From a bacterium (GTDB lineage Bacteria; UBA8248; JACPRG01; G963555815), in the NCBI GenBank assembly GCA_963555815.3, contig CAUVWX020000001.1, positions 1,088,001-1,152,000 on the forward strand: DNA of 64,000 nucleotides. Direction: 5' to 3'. Position 1 is the first letter of the stretch. Every line of letters starts with the position of its first letter. Positions 49,074 through 60,012 of the stretch are shown piece after piece. Both the position numbers and the translations under genes were made by a program. The notes under the pieces were generated by a model, which had not been told where the DNA came from, ran no database searches, and saw only the letters and a list, made by a program, of their open reading frames with translations.

Positions 49074-49926
49074 CGAGGAGCCGAAGGCGTTCCCTGGCCT
49101 CTTTGGAGATCGCCTCGGGGGCGGTCAGGAGGGCCCCCTCAAGGGCGTGCTGGCAGTGGCATCCCGCTACCTGGGGGATTTTGGAGACAATTCGGCGGAT
49201 GATCTCTCGGGCCATCTCGACATTTTTTTTCAAGACGGCGATGACGGCCCCCGTCGTGACGGACTCCTCCGTCTCATGCCAGCAGTCGTAGTCCGTGGCC
49301 AAGGCGAGGGTGCCGTAGCAGATCTCGGCCTCCCTGGCCAGTTTGGCCTCGGGCAGGTTTGTCATGCCGATGACGCTGACCCCCCAGGATCGGTAGATGT
49401 GAGACTCGGCGCGAGTCGAGAACTGAGGCCCCTCGATGCAGAGGTAAGTCCCCCCGGTGTGGACAGTGGCCCCCGCCTCCCGTCCGGCCTCGGCAAAGAT
49501 GGGGTGGAGCTCGGGGCAGGTGGGGTCCGCCAGGGCCACGTGAGCGACAAGACCATCTCCGAAAAAGGTGGAGATCCGCCGGGAGGTCCGGTCAAAGAAC
49601 TGGTCGGGGACGACAATGTGGCCAGGGGCGATGGACTCCTGCATGCTCCCCACGGCGCTCACGGAGAGAATCCGCTCAACGCCGAGGAGCTTCATCCCGT
49701 AAATGTTGGCCCGGAAGTTGATCTCGCTCGGGATGATGCGGTGGCCCGAGCCGTGACGGGCGAGGAAGGCCATGGGCTGGCCTGAGAGGGTTCCCAGGAG
49801 GTAGCGGTCTGAGGGGGCCCCAAAGGGGGTGTCGAGGGAAACCTCCTCTACCCCCTGAAGCTCGGGCATCTCGTAGAGACCGCTGCCCCCAATGACGCCG
49901 ATGCGTGCTTTCCCGCGGTTTTCCAG
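49048..49926 (-). CDS. mtnP: S-methyl-5'-thioadenosine phosphorylase (probable CTG start)
   Basis: IGVIGGSGLY upstream of the first ATG; TPFG.PSD, RHG, EGPQFSTRAES, GMT, TDYDCW. Confidence 0.92.
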   Translation of the reverse strand: MENRGKARIGVIGGSGLYEMPELQGVEEVSLDTPFGAPSDRYLLGTLSGQPMAFLARHGSGHRIIPSEINFRANIYGMKLLGVERILSVSAVGSMQESIAPGHIVVPDQFFDRTSRRISTFFGDGLVAHVALADPTCPELHPIFAEAGREAGATVHTGGTYLCIEGPQFSTRAESHIYRSWGVSVIGMTNLPEAKLAREAEICYGTLALATDYDCWHETEESVTTGAVIAVLKKNVEMAREIIRRIVSKIPQVAGCHCQHALEGALLTAPEAISKEARERLRLLVGKYVDPL

Positions 49927-49931
49927 AAGGG

Positions 49932-50177
49932 TTATTCCTCCAGGCCTTCCCGGAATTGTTCCCAGAGGCGTTGAAAGCGGCTCTCGTAGATCATCTCAAA
50001 GAGCCGAACCTTTTCCGGAAAGAACCGTTCGCACTCATCCCGCACTTCCTGTGCCGCAATGTCAACGTCAATGCGGGGGAGATCAGAGGTGAGGATGAGG
50101 CCACAGACGTGGTCGGCCATCCGGCTGAGCTGGTGAGCCTGCTCGCGCTCGATTCGAAATTTCTCTCCATTGCTCAT
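49932..50177 (-). CDS. small hypothetical protein
   Basis: 81 aa ORF in operon orientation; FPEK..LFEMIYESRF.RLWEQFR. Confidence 0.7.
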   Translation of the reverse strand: MSNGEKFRIEREQAHQLSRMADHVCGLILTSDLPRIDVDIAAQEVRDECERFFPEKVRLFEMIYESRFQRLWEQFREGLEE

Positions 50178-50246
50178 TTTTCTACCTTCGAGAAAGACGC
50201 CCCATTTTATGCGGCGGGCTTCGCCCTCGCAAGGGGCGCAGCCCCC

Positions 50247-50771
50247 TTAAGGCCGCACCCCGTCCAGGAATCTCCGGGAGGGGCGGAGGATCACAGAGAA
50301 GACTTGGCCTGTCAGTCCGGGGCGCAACTCGTACCGGAGATGGCTGTCGACAGTCATGAGATACCCCAGGGTGGAGCCGCGCCGGATCACGGGGCGAAGA
50401 CTCCACATCTCAAATTCGGGGGCGAATTGAAGCGGGACGCCCCCAAACTCCTCACCCGGGATATCGGCGATTCGTCTCACAAGCCCGTCCCGCTCCAGCT
50501 CGCCCAGGGATTCGGTCCGAAAGACCAGATCAGACAGGGGGAGCAAGGAAAGGGTTCCTTTCCCTATTGGATCCAGGACCACCGCCAGGGGATGGGCCTG
50601 CTCACTGGCCCGGGCATAAATCAAGGTGGCCATGTAGGGGCCTGCTTCCAGGGAGGAGAGAAGGCGCACGAGCTCATCGGGCGGGGCGAGGGGCGCGCAG
50701 GCCGAAAGCCCTCCGGCAAAGAGGGTCAAAAGCCACATCCGTCGAAAACGACTCCAAAGACCCATCGCCAT
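50247..50771 (-). CDS. hypothetical lipoprotein
   Basis: AGGAG RBS; lipobox LSAC. Confidence 0.65.
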   Translation of the reverse strand: MAMGLWSRFRRMWLLTLFAGGLSACAPLAPPDELVRLLSSLEAGPYMATLIYARASEQAHPLAVVLDPIGKGTLSLLPLSDLVFRTESLGELERDGLVRRIADIPGEEFGGVPLQFAPEFEMWSLRPVIRRGSTLGYLMTVDSHLRYELRPGLTGQVFSVILRPSRRFLDGVRP

Positions 50772-50779
50772 CTCCTCCT

Positions 50780-51196
50780 TTATCCCTCACCGATGATCTT
50801 GATAACCACTCGCTTTCGCCGCTGACCGTCAAATTCCCCATAGTAGATTTGCTGCCAGGGACCAAGGTCCAACTTGCCCTTCGTGACAGGGAGCAGGACT
50901 TGGTGATGCAGGAGGAGGTTTTTCAGGTGAGCGTCGCCGTTTGTCTCCCCGGTCCCATGGTGGCGGTAATCCGGCCCTTCGGGGGCCAGCTTCTGAAGCC
51001 ACTCGTCGATGTCGTCGATGAGGCCGGACTCGGCATCGTTGACATAGACGCTGGCGGTGATGTGCATGGCGGAAACCAGGGCCAGGCCCTCCTGTATCTT
51101 GCTCTTCTTGAGGGCCTCTTCTACGTCCTCGGTGATGTTGATGTACTCGCGGTGCCCTTGGGTGTTAAACGAGAGATATTCCGTGTGAGATCTCAT
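50780..51196 (-). CDS. yjbQ: YjbQ/UPF0047 family protein
   Basis: [31 protein letters not shown]. Confidence 0.92.
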   Translation of the reverse strand: MRSHTEYLSFNTQGHREYINITEDVEEALKKSKIQEGLALVSAMHITASVYVNDAESGLIDDIDEWLQKLAPEGPDYRHHGTGETNGDAHLKNLLLHHQVLLPVTKGKLDLGPWQQIYYGEFDGQRRKRVVIKIIGEG

Positions 51197-51247
51197 CCCG
51201 GGCCTCCCCACAAATAAAAACCAGCGCGCTCTCAGGCTGAAAAGGAC

Positions 51248-52285
51248 TCACCGCCCCCGGGCGGGGACACGCAGGAGGTTTTTCTCTACAAGAACCTCTG
51301 CGATCTGGACGGCGTTTAGGGCGGCCCCCTTGCGCAAGTTATCAGCCACGATCCACAGGTTCAGGCCGTTTTCGACGCTGGCGTCCTCCCGGATCCGGCC
51401 CACATAGGTTTCGTCCTTTCCCGCCACATCTCGGGCGAGGGGGTAGACGCCATGCTGGGGGGAATCATAGACGACGAGCCCCGGCGCCTCGGAGAGGATC
51501 GCCCGGGCATCATTGGCCGTGAGAGGTCTCTCCGTTTCAATGTTGACGGATTCGGAGTGACAGTGAAAGACCGGGACTCGAACTGTCGTCGCACTGACCC
51601 CCATCTCAGGCTCTCCCAGGATCTTTTGGGTCTCCTGGACGATCTTGGTCTCCTCATCACAGGACCCATCTTCCAGGAAGTCCCCGATGTGGGGCAGGCA
51701 ATTGAAGGCGATCTCGTGGGGGTAAACCTGACACTCAGCCTTCTGGAGGGTGAGGAGGTCTCGGACCTGCTGCGAGAGCTCCTCCATGGCCTGTTTCCCT
51801 GTCCCCGAGACAGACTGGTAGGTCGAGACCACCACACGCCGGATGCGAGCGGCGTCGTGCAGAGGTTTTAGGACCACGACCATCTGGGTTGTGGAGCAGT
51901 TGGGGTTCGCGATGAGTCCTTTATGGGCCTCCAGGGCCTGCGAGTTCACCTCCGGGACCACCAGGGGGACGTGAGGGGCCATCCGAAAGGCGCTCGTGTT
52001 ATCGACCACGACGGCCCCCGCCTTGATGGCAGCCGGGGCAAATTCCTGACTTCGCGGGGAACCGGCGGAAAAGAAGGCCAGGTCTATTCCCTCAAAGCTA
52101 TTCTTCTGGAGTCGACTGCTTCGGTAGTCCTGGTTCCGGAAGGTGAGGGCGGTTCCCGCAGAGCGATCCGAGGACAGGAGTCGAAGCTCCGCCACCGGAA
52201 ACTTTCGCTCCTCCAAGACCCGAAGGATCTCGTTTCCAACGGCCCCCGTGGCACCCACGACGGCCACGTTTAGGAGGTCCCCCAT
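51248..52285 (-). CDS. asd: aspartate-semialdehyde dehydrogenase
   Basis: GATGAVG, PLVVPEVN, NPNCST, RVPV..HS, DNLRKGAA. Confidence 0.96.
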   Translation of the reverse strand: MGDLLNVAVVGATGAVGNEILRVLEERKFPVAELRLLSSDRSAGTALTFRNQDYRSSRLQKNSFEGIDLAFFSAGSPRSQEFAPAAIKAGAVVVDNTSAFRMAPHVPLVVPEVNSQALEAHKGLIANPNCSTTQMVVVLKPLHDAARIRRVVVSTYQSVSGTGKQAMEELSQQVRDLLTLQKAECQVYPHEIAFNCLPHIGDFLEDGSCDEETKIVQETQKILGEPEMGVSATTVRVPVFHCHSESVNIETERPLTANDARAILSEAPGLVVYDSPQHGVYPLARDVAGKDETYVGRIREDASVENGLNLWIVADNLRKGAALNAVQIAEVLVEKNLLRVPARGR

Positions 52286-52287
52286 GA

Positions 52288-53442
52288 TCAGGTTCCCTCC
52301 CGGACGGCTTGGGCGATAAGACTGCTCATCTCTCGAGTGCCAAGGGCCTGAGTTCCCGGGGAGGCGATGTCAGCCGTTCGGCCCCCCTTCTCCAAAACCT
52401 GCACAACGGCCCTCTCCACCGCTTGGGCCCCCTCCCGTTGCCCCAGGGCGAATTCCAGCATCATCCCGGTGGAGAGGATGGTGGCGATAGGGTTGGCGAC
52501 ATTGCGGCCCGCGATCTCGGGGGCAGTGCCGTGGACCGGCTCAAAGAGCCCTCTTGGGCCTGCGTCTCCCCGGGGTCCGAGGCTGGCCGAGGGGAGCATC
52601 CCTATGGAGCCCGTCAGCATGGCCGCCTCATCGCTCAGGATATCCCCGAAGAGGTTTCCCGTCAGCAAGACATCAAATTGCCTGGGGTCCCGGATGAGCT
52701 GCATGGCGCAATTATCCACGTACATGTGCTCGATTTCGACCTCGGGAAACTCCGTGCTCACTCCGGACACCACTTCTCGCCACAGTTGCCCGCTCTCCAA
52801 GACGTTGGCCTTGTCGACAGAGGTGACCTTCCTGCGGCGCCCTTGGGCCAGCTCAAAGGCCATGCGGGTGACCCGCTCGATCTCGGAGGTGGTATAGGTG
52901 AGGGTGTTGATGGCCCGGTGGCCCTTGCCCTCTTTTTTGATGCCCTTCGGAGTTCCAAAGTAGAGGCCGCCTGTGAGCTCCCGAAGGACCAGGAGGTCGA
53001 GACCGCGGACGACCTCGGCCCGAAGGGAAGAGGCGCCGATCAAGGGCTCATAGAGGCGGGCCGGGCGGAGATTGGCAAAGAGACCGAGCCGACCCCTCAG
53101 GGGGAGCAGTGCCCCTATCTCTGGTCTCTCTTCCGGCTTGAGGCTGTCCCATTTCGGCCCCCCGACCGCCCCCAGGAGAATCGCATCGCTGCGTTGGCAA
53201 AGGTCGAAGGTCTCCTGTGGCAGGGGGGTTCCTGCGGCGTCAATGGCCGCGCCCCCCACCAGGGCTTCCTGAACGTCAAATCGAAGGCCAAACCGCTCTT
53301 CGACGGCCCGAAGGACCTCCACGGCGCCTGCGGTCACCTCGGGCCCGATCCCGTCTCCGGGTAAAAGGACGATCTGGTAAGCTTGGGCCCTCACGCCGGC
53401 CTCCCGAGAAGTGGCTTTTTTGACTCCGGCCTCGGCAGACAT
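52288..53442 (-). CDS. leuB: 3-isopropylmalate dehydrogenase
   Basis: [37 protein letters not shown]. Confidence 0.95.
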   Translation of the reverse strand: MSAEAGVKKATSREAGVRAQAYQIVLLPGDGIGPEVTAGAVEVLRAVEERFGLRFDVQEALVGGAAIDAAGTPLPQETFDLCQRSDAILLGAVGGPKWDSLKPEERPEIGALLPLRGRLGLFANLRPARLYEPLIGASSLRAEVVRGLDLLVLRELTGGLYFGTPKGIKKEGKGHRAINTLTYTTSEIERVTRMAFELAQGRRRKVTSVDKANVLESGQLWREVVSGVSTEFPEVEIEHMYVDNCAMQLIRDPRQFDVLLTGNLFGDILSDEAAMLTGSIGMLPSASLGPRGDAGPRGLFEPVHGTAPEIAGRNVANPIATILSTGMMLEFALGQREGAQAVERAVVQVLEKGGRTADIASPGTQALGTREMSSLIAQAVREGT

Positions 53443-53444
53443 CT

Positions 53445-54008
53445 TTACTGGCTCGGTGGGAGCATTCCGCTGGCCTTGGCGTAGGCAAAGACGTCTCCCG
53501 CCTCAAGAATGGGCAGGACCTCGCCCAGCGACTTTAGGCGAAAGTTTTTGTCGCTCGTCAGGTTGAGAATTTTTTCCTCTCCCACCCGGATCTCCGCCTC
53601 ATCTCCCGTCCGGAAGTGATCGATGAGCCTCTCCTCGCACTCAAAGGGGAGGAGGTATCCACCGTTCACGCAGTTTCTATAAAAGATCCGGGCGTAGAAT
53701 TCGGCCACGACAGCCTCGACGCCCGCCACCTGAAGGGCAATCGGGGCGTGTTCCCTGGAGGATCCACAGCCGAAATTCTTTCCGGCCAGAATGATCCGGA
53801 ATGGGGGTGCTTCTTCCTGAAAAAAGGGGCGGTTTCCATTGGGGAGACCGGCGCCGCCGTCTGGGAGCCCCGAGAGGGCGTACTGAGCGAACATCTTCCG
53901 CTCTTCGGGGATGGCGGGATTCAGGTTGAGATATTGGGCCGGGATAATCTGGTCCGTGTCAATGTCGTCTCCCACGACGTAGACAGAACCTCGGATGAAA
54001 TCCTTCAT
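53445..54008 (-). CDS. leuD: 3-isopropylmalate dehydratase small subunit
   Basis: [28 protein letters not shown]. Confidence 0.92.
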   Translation of the reverse strand: MKDFIRGSVYVVGDDIDTDQIIPAQYLNLNPAIPEERKMFAQYALSGLPDGGAGLPNGNRPFFQEEAPPFRIILAGKNFGCGSSREHAPIALQVAGVEAVVAEFYARIFYRNCVNGGYLLPFECEERLIDHFRTGDEAEIRVGEEKILNLTSDKNFRLKSLGEVLPILEAGDVFAYAKASGMLPPSQ

Positions 54009-54041
54009 ATTTTTTCTGCCCCTCCCCGCAGGCGATGACCC

Positions 54042-55340
54042 TCAGTTGAGAAAGGCCCTGGGGTCCGTGATCTTTCCGGTCACGGCAGAGGCGGCGACCG
54101 TGAGGGGGGAGGCGAGAAAGACCTGGGCCTCCTTGCTCCCCATCCGTCCGGGAAAGTTTCGGCTCGTGGAGGAGATGCACTTGAGGGCCCGGTTGAGTCG
54201 GCCGAAGGTGTCAGAGGGACCCCCGAGGCAGGCGGCGCAAGAGGGGGGACCGAGCTGGGCACCGGCGTTCGTGAAGATGTTAAAGAGGCTTTTGCCGTCC
54301 ACAGATTCCGTGTGGAGGCGCCGGTCGATCTCGGTCGTGGCGGGGACGACGAAGGTGTCGATCTTCACTTGGTGCCCCTTCATAATCTTTGCAGCCGCCA
54401 GAAAGTCTGTGATCTTTCCGCCCGTACAGGATCCGATATAGGCCCGGTCGAGCTGGACGTCTTCGAGCTCTCGGGCCAGGGCGTGGTTGTCGGGAGAGTG
54501 GGGCTTGGCCACCGCAGGCTCGAGGTCAGCGGCGCGGTAGCGGCGGACGCTGTGATAGCGGGCGTCCGGGTCGCTGAAGAACTCCTCAAAGGGTTTCTGG
54601 GTCCTGGAGCGCACGAACTCCCGGGTCACCTCGTCGGGGGCGATGACGCCGTTTTTTCCACCCGCCTCGATGACCATGTTGCAAAGCGTCATGCGCTCCT
54701 CGATGTTCAGGGACGCCATCGCGGAACCCGCGTACTCCATGGCGCGGTAGGTCGCCCCGCCGACCCCGATGTCTCCAATAATGCGAAGGATGAGATCTTT
54801 TGCCATGAGATAGGGGGGAAGCTCTCCCTCGATCTCAAACCGCATGGTCTCAGGGACTTTTAGCCAGAGCTTCCCGGTCCCGAAAACAAACCCCGCGTCG
54901 GTGTTTCCGATGCCGGTGGCGAATTCTCCGAAGGCCCCCGCCGTGCAGGAATGAGAATCGGTCCCAAAGAGAACCTCACCGGGCCGTGTGTGACCCTCTT
55001 CGGGAAGGGCGATGTGACAAACTCCCTTGTACTTCTCACCTCCAACGTCGTAGAAGTATCGAATTCCCTGCTCGTCCACGAACTGCCGCAAGATGTCGAC
55101 GTTTCGGCGAGATTTTTGGTCGGCTGTGAAGATGAAGTGGTCCGGGATGATCACAATCTTCTCGGGATCCCAGACCCGAGCCGATTTTCCGAACTTCTTG
55201 TGAAAGATGCCGATGGTCCCCGGCCCGCAGATGTCGTGAGTCATCATGACGTCCACGTTGACCCACACGGTCTCGCCCTGCGAGAGGGTCTTGCGGCCCG
55301 CCGCCTTAGCCAGGATCTTCTCCGTCAGCGTCATCCCCAT
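54042..55340 (-). CDS. leuC: 3-isopropylmalate dehydratase large subunit (short, homoaconitase-like type)
   Basis: DSH, IGSCT, CAACLG, RNFPGRMG. Confidence 0.92.
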   Translation of the reverse strand: MGMTLTEKILAKAAGRKTLSQGETVWVNVDVMMTHDICGPGTIGIFHKKFGKSARVWDPEKIVIIPDHFIFTADQKSRRNVDILRQFVDEQGIRYFYDVGGEKYKGVCHIALPEEGHTRPGEVLFGTDSHSCTAGAFGEFATGIGNTDAGFVFGTGKLWLKVPETMRFEIEGELPPYLMAKDLILRIIGDIGVGGATYRAMEYAGSAMASLNIEERMTLCNMVIEAGGKNGVIAPDEVTREFVRSRTQKPFEEFFSDPDARYHSVRRYRAADLEPAVAKPHSPDNHALARELEDVQLDRAYIGSCTGGKITDFLAAAKIMKGHQVKIDTFVVPATTEIDRRLHTESVDGKSLFNIFTNAGAQLGPPSCAACLGGPSDTFGRLNRALKCISSTSRNFPGRMGSKEAQVFLASPLTVAASAVTGKITDPRAFLN

Positions 55341-55524
55341 TTCCCAGTATCCCTTCTTTCTTTAATGCTTAACAGGGGAAGCTCACACCTAAACACCTTC
55401 AATATAGCGAAGTCCTCCGCCCGCTTCAAGGGAAAGGCCGATCCGTTTGCATTCTGGTGATCGTGAAATTATTCTATGATCTGCCATGTAATCTCCCTGG
55501 AGATGGCAGGCTTTGAGGGGCGGG

Positions 55525-56136
55525 ATGGGAAGAGTCGTCATTAAGGAGGTGTTGCCTGCGTCCCCGTCGGCCGTCTGGGAGGTCGTCAGCGACCCCCGAC
55601 GGGCTGCCGAATGGATCGAAGGCGAGGACTTCGTTCGGGTCGAATCAGGCCAGGAGACCAGTCCCCGGACTGAATGGGTTTCACGAATCCGACTCTTGGG
55701 ATTCCCTTTCCACGTCCACAGCAGGAGGCTCGACTGGGCCCCCCTGGAACGGGCCAAGGCCCTCTTCGAGGGCCCCTTCGGCTTTCGGATGGTCGAGACC
55801 TTTAGGCTGGAGCCCCATGTCCTTGGGACCGAGTGGACCTGGGCCAGAGATTACGCCCTCTCAGGGGGAAATTTGGGGGATTGGCTTGACCGAAGATGGG
55901 GCCAGCGGCTCCTAGAGCAGCGGGCAGGACGTTCCGTGGAGAACCTCGTTCGTCTTCTCCGGCGAGAAGGGGGGCCACAGCCCCCCGAGTCTGCCCTCTC
56001 GGTCTTCACAGAGAGGCCGACGGACAGGCCCTGGGGGCTGGACAGCGCGCCTGGCATCTCCTCCTCCGTAGGGGAAACGACGGAGCCTGACCGCCGGAGG
56101 GAAGCAGTTCCTTCCGCACAAGGGAAGGGCAGGTAA
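55525..56136 (+). CDS. SRPBCC/polyketide-cyclase-like protein
   Basis: ASPSAVWEVVSDP..W pattern typical of START/SRPBCC. Confidence 0.65.
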   Translation: MGRVVIKEVLPASPSAVWEVVSDPRRAAEWIEGEDFVRVESGQETSPRTEWVSRIRLLGFPFHVHSRRLDWAPLERAKALFEGPFGFRMVETFRLEPHVLGTEWTWARDYALSGGNLGDWLDRRWGQRLLEQRAGRSVENLVRLLRREGGPQPPESALSVFTERPTDRPWGLDSAPGISSSVGETTEPDRRREAVPSAQGKGR

Positions 56137-56139
56137 GGT

Positions 56140-56859
56140 ATGGAACCCGTGGCAGACCCGCGTCGGGTCCTCGTCGTCGGCGCTCATCCGGACGACGTCG
56201 ACTTCGGGTGCAGCGGCACCGTGGCCCTTTGGACCCAACAGGGCAAGACAGTGGATTACTGTCTAGTGACCAGCGGCGAGAAGGGTTTTGAGAAAAACCT
56301 CCCCTTGGAGGAACGCATCCGGATTCGGGAGGAAGAACAGCGCGCTGCCGCTCGTCTCGTGGGGGTTCAAGAAGTCATCTTCCTTCGCGAGCCGGACGGG
56401 GAGGTGGTCAACACGCTGGCCCTCCGCGGACGCATCGTTGAGGTCATCCGTCGCACAAGGCCCGAGGCGATCATCTGCACCGACCCGGCGGACCGAAGGT
56501 TCGACAATTTCTACCGCTACCACCCGGACCATCGGGCAGTGGCCGAGGCCGTCTATGACGCGCTCTATCCGGCTTGCGGGAACCGCTTCTTCTATCCCCA
56601 CCTCCTCGACCAGGGCCTCCTTCCCCACTGCGTCAAGGAGGTCTTCTTCGGCCCTCTCACGGCGGAACCCAATTTCTACGTGGACATCAGCGAGACCATT
56701 GACCTCAAGATTAAAGCCCTTGAGTGCCACCGAAGTCAGCTTGCGGACCGGGACGGAATCAGGAATTTCATTCGAGATTGGGCCCGGGAAGTCGGGGCGC
56801 CCAAGTCCATTCCGTTCGCCGAGGCCTACCGAAGAATCGCCATGCCAGAAGAAGAATAG
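56140..56859 (+). CDS. PIG-L/LmbE family deacetylase
   Basis: AHPDD, R.EEQ.AA, HPDH, H.SQ. Confidence 0.9.
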   Translation: MEPVADPRRVLVVGAHPDDVDFGCSGTVALWTQQGKTVDYCLVTSGEKGFEKNLPLEERIRIREEEQRAAARLVGVQEVIFLREPDGEVVNTLALRGRIVEVIRRTRPEAIICTDPADRRFDNFYRYHPDHRAVAEAVYDALYPACGNRFFYPHLLDQGLLPHCVKEVFFGPLTAEPNFYVDISETIDLKIKALECHRSQLADRDGIRNFIRDWAREVGAPKSIPFAEAYRRIAMPEEE

Positions 56860-56907
56860 ACCCTTTTTCCTACCTTCTTGGTTTTTCCGAATTCAATTTT
56901 TGCCATC

Positions 56908-58618
56908 TCAAGGGACGCGGTAGGCGGTGACCGCCGCTGTCGAAAGAGGAGACCGTTCCAACCGGCGATTCAACAGGTTTTCCACGCGGGCCAGGGCTTG
57001 AGGATCCCGGGACCAATCGAGGGAATTCCGGTGAAGGAGGACATAGCGGATGCGGTTTTCCCTCAGGCCGTCAAGGGCCACGGAGTGGCTCTCCGGCCCA
57101 ATTTGGGCGGGATTGTCGAGGAGCCGAACGAAGGGGTCTGACTCGATGAAACGCCAGGCCGACCGGGGGATGTGGGAGAGAGAACCACTGACGATGGGCC
57201 TTCGATGAACCGTCTGGGCGAAGAGGTACCTCTCCCCGTCAATCCAGGCTCTTAAGGGAACGTTGAGGATCGCGAAATCTCCTTCCTCGGCAGCGAGCCG
57301 CTCATAGAGGGCGGGCCGGGGGGAGATTTGGTAGACCGGCACCGGGGCGGGCCAGGACTCAAAGAGGATGAGACCCCCAAAGAGAAGGCAGACGCCCACC
57401 CCCTTCCGCCCTCTGAGCCTGATCCTCAAAGCCCGAAGGCCATAGGCCGCCAACACCCCCAGGGCCAGGGAGACCAGGACGGCGTAGCGGCTTGGGGCCC
57501 GAGCGGCCTGAAGGAGAGGGACCTTCTGGACAAACCAGTTGTAGGGGAGACGGGTGAAGGGGAGGGGCTCCTTTCCTAGGATCTGAAGATCTGGGCCAAG
57601 GGCGAAGAGAAAAAAGGTGAGGGCCACGAGAACCCAGAATTTGGCCCCCTGTCGCCAGAAGTGCCAAGCTCCGATGATGCTTAGAAAGAGGACGCCGTAG
57701 CCCAGGGCGACCGTTCCCTCCTCCGGGCTGGCCGCATATCGTGCATAGAGGGTTTTCAGGGGTAGGAGATGGCGAAACCAGGGGTGGAGAATAGAAGGGA
57801 TAAAGAAGGCGGAGAGATCGGCTGAAAGCCCCTTTTGTCCTGCTGCCAGGGCAGGAAATTCCCCCTGCAACTTCCCTTGGACCATGGGGATGAGAAGGGG
57901 GAGCAGGAGGACGACGGTTATTCCTAAAGCCAATGCGAGGGCCCCGAGGAGGCGCCGCCGCTTTTCCCCTGTGTCCTGGACGAAAAACCAGTAAATGACG
58001 AAAAGAGCCGTCAGATAGAGAGAGAAGTTTAGGTAGTACCAGCTGAGAAGTGAGACTCCCGTCAGCAGAAGACCTGAGACCACGGCCCGGCCGAGGGATG
58101 GCCTGTCTGCCAGGCGGAGGAGAGAGAGGATGTAGAAGGGAAGAAGGAGGGTCCCTGAGAAATTGATGTGTTGCTGGGCCTGAGCCATGTGAGGGGCACC
58201 AAAGGGGAGGATGAGCCCGGCGATGACGGAGACAAGGGGGGCCCCGGTCATCCTCAGGTTCAGCCGATAGGCCCCGTAGGCCGTCCCCACGAATATGAGG
58301 AGGTACATGAGGTTATAGGCGGGAACGAGGCCGATGAGGAACTGGAAGGGCAGGGCGATAAGGGCTGTCCCGAGGGAGAGGGTGTGGAAGGCGAGGCTCG
58401 CCCCGACCGGGTGGAAGACCAAGGTGGTCGAGAGGGGGTACTCCGCGCCTGAAAAGGCCTCTCGCACCCACCAGAGGTTCCAGAGGTTTTACAGATCGTC
58501 CTGGCCGAAGCCCGGGACGTGGCTGTTGAAGCCCGAGGCCACAGGCCAGGTAAGGATGATGGTGAGGGCCCCGTAAGAGGGATACGATGAGGGACTCTTT
58601 AAGCCAGGGACGGTTCAA
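56908..58618 (-). pseudogene. multi-TM GT-C/YfhO-like membrane protein with a frameshift (~58575) and a premature TAA (~58490)
   Basis: NRPWLKESLIVSL / YGALTIILTWP...GQDDL*NLWNLWWV continues into the 519-aa ORF; RAPSRY motif. Confidence 0.7.
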
Positions 58619-58642
58619 AAAGGGGGCCCTTTCGGGTCAAGG

Positions 58643-58716
58643 AGCAGCTTCACTTCCTCCCATTTGGGTTGTATCTGTTTGTCCAATGGATTCCCTCGGA
58701 GGGGTTGAGGGCCTCC
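58643..58716. repeat. 74-bp perfect direct repeat, copy 1 (duplicate of the 3' end of the ABC substrate-binding gene)
   Basis: Identical to 62746-62819. Confidence 0.97.
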
Positions 58717-58885
58717 ACAATGTAGCCATTCGCGCTACGGTTATTATCAGCGCGCTTCCAAACAGCTTGCCGATCCACTTTTTAGCCAACATGTACAAAA
58801 GCCTTTAAACCGAATCACCGGCGTCAGCCGAGGGCTGTGGCGCGTCAGGTCCCCTTTCACAGCACCCCGGCCATCTCTCCAACGC

Positions 58886-59028
58886 TCATTGGGGAGGGAG
58901 CCAGCCAAGATCACGAAAGGCCTGAATCAATCCATCCGCTACGAGGGCGTTTCCCTCTGCTGTTAGATGGATGCTGTCCGCTCTCAGATAATTCGGGAAG
59001 AGCTTTTGTGGATGCAATAAATTATTAA
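58886..59028 (-). pseudogene. SGNH hydrolase C-terminal fragment
   Basis: NNLLHPQKLFPNYLRADSIHLTAEGN...PPQ*; DxxH block; in frame with 61575-62618 once the IS is removed. Confidence 0.9.
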
Positions 59029-59041
59029 GGGAATTATAACC

Positions 59042-59077
59042 TTGACGATCCTGAAATTAGGTAATATATTACCTAAT
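59042..59077 (+). promoter_or_regulatory. sigma70 promoter overlapped by a 22-bp perfect palindrome
   Basis: TTGACG-17 nt-TATATT; ATTAGGTAATATATTACCTAAT at 59056-59077. Confidence 0.7.
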
Positions 59078-59094
59078 AACCAAAGGGGATCGTC

Positions 59095-60012
59095 ATGAAC
59101 CTGATGAGCTTCACCCTTAAATTCTCAACCACTGAAGCCTGCATCAAGCATCTCGAAGAAGTCCGTTGGGGGGGGGAAGGCCCGTATTGCCCTCATTGTG
59201 GTAGTATGGAGAAGATATACCGCTATTCCGATGGGGTCCGCTATCGGTGCAAGTGTTGTAAGGGTGTGTTCCGCATAATCACGGGAACGCTATTCGGGGA
59301 TAGCCCAATCAAAATGCTCCCAAAATGGTTCATGGCGATCTATCTAGAAACCACTCACAACAAGGGAATCTCCAGTGTGCAATTGGCCGCGCACATAGAC
59401 GTTCCACAAAAGACTGCTTGGTTCATGCTACAACGCATTCGAAATGCAATGTCAAAAGATGACACTTCCATGCTTGGAGGTCACGTGGAAGTCGATGAGA
59501 CGTATCTTGGCGGACGGGAAAGAAACAAGCATCAGCATAAGCGGACACCAAAGACCCAGGGGCGTAGCGTGAAGACAAAACAGCCCGTGTTTGGAATAAG
59601 GGAGCGCGGTGGAGAGGCAAGGGCGTTCCAGGTGAAAAATGTGGACAGCAAGACGATTGTTCCTATCGTACTTAAGAATGTCGCTCTTGGTTCAAAGATG
59701 AGCGCTGACGAGTTTCGGCCCTATGGCTCCCTTGAGACCTTCTACGCAGTCAGCCGGGTTAATCACGGCGAGAAAGAGTATGTGAGAGGTGAAACCCATA
59801 CAAACAGCATAGACAGCCTTTGGGCGCAATTGAAACGGGTATATTTGGGGACACACCATTGGTGGAGCAAAAAACACACCCAACTCTATCTTGATGCGGT
59901 ATGCTTCCGTCAGAATTACAGGAATGGGTCTTGGGGGAAAGAAGCGATTGTGAACAGGCTGCTTGATATGGGACAAGCCGCGCGGCTCACCTATCGGGAA
60001 TTGGTCACATGA
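59095..60012 (+). CDS. IS1595-family (ISXO2-like) transposase
   Basis: Zn ribbon CPHCG..CKCC, GISS.QL..QKTAWFML.RIR HTH, EVDETY.GG, VNH..EYV, HTNS. Confidence 0.93.
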   Translation: MNLMSFTLKFSTTEACIKHLEEVRWGGEGPYCPHCGSMEKIYRYSDGVRYRCKCCKGVFRIITGTLFGDSPIKMLPKWFMAIYLETTHNKGISSVQLAAHIDVPQKTAWFMLQRIRNAMSKDDTSMLGGHVEVDETYLGGRERNKHQHKRTPKTQGRSVKTKQPVFGIRERGGEARAFQVKNVDSKTIVPIVLKNVALGSKMSADEFRPYGSLETFYAVSRVNHGEKEYVRGETHTNSIDSLWAQLKRVYLGTHHWWSKKHTQLYLDAVCFRQNYRNGSWGKEAIVNRLLDMGQAARLTYRELVT

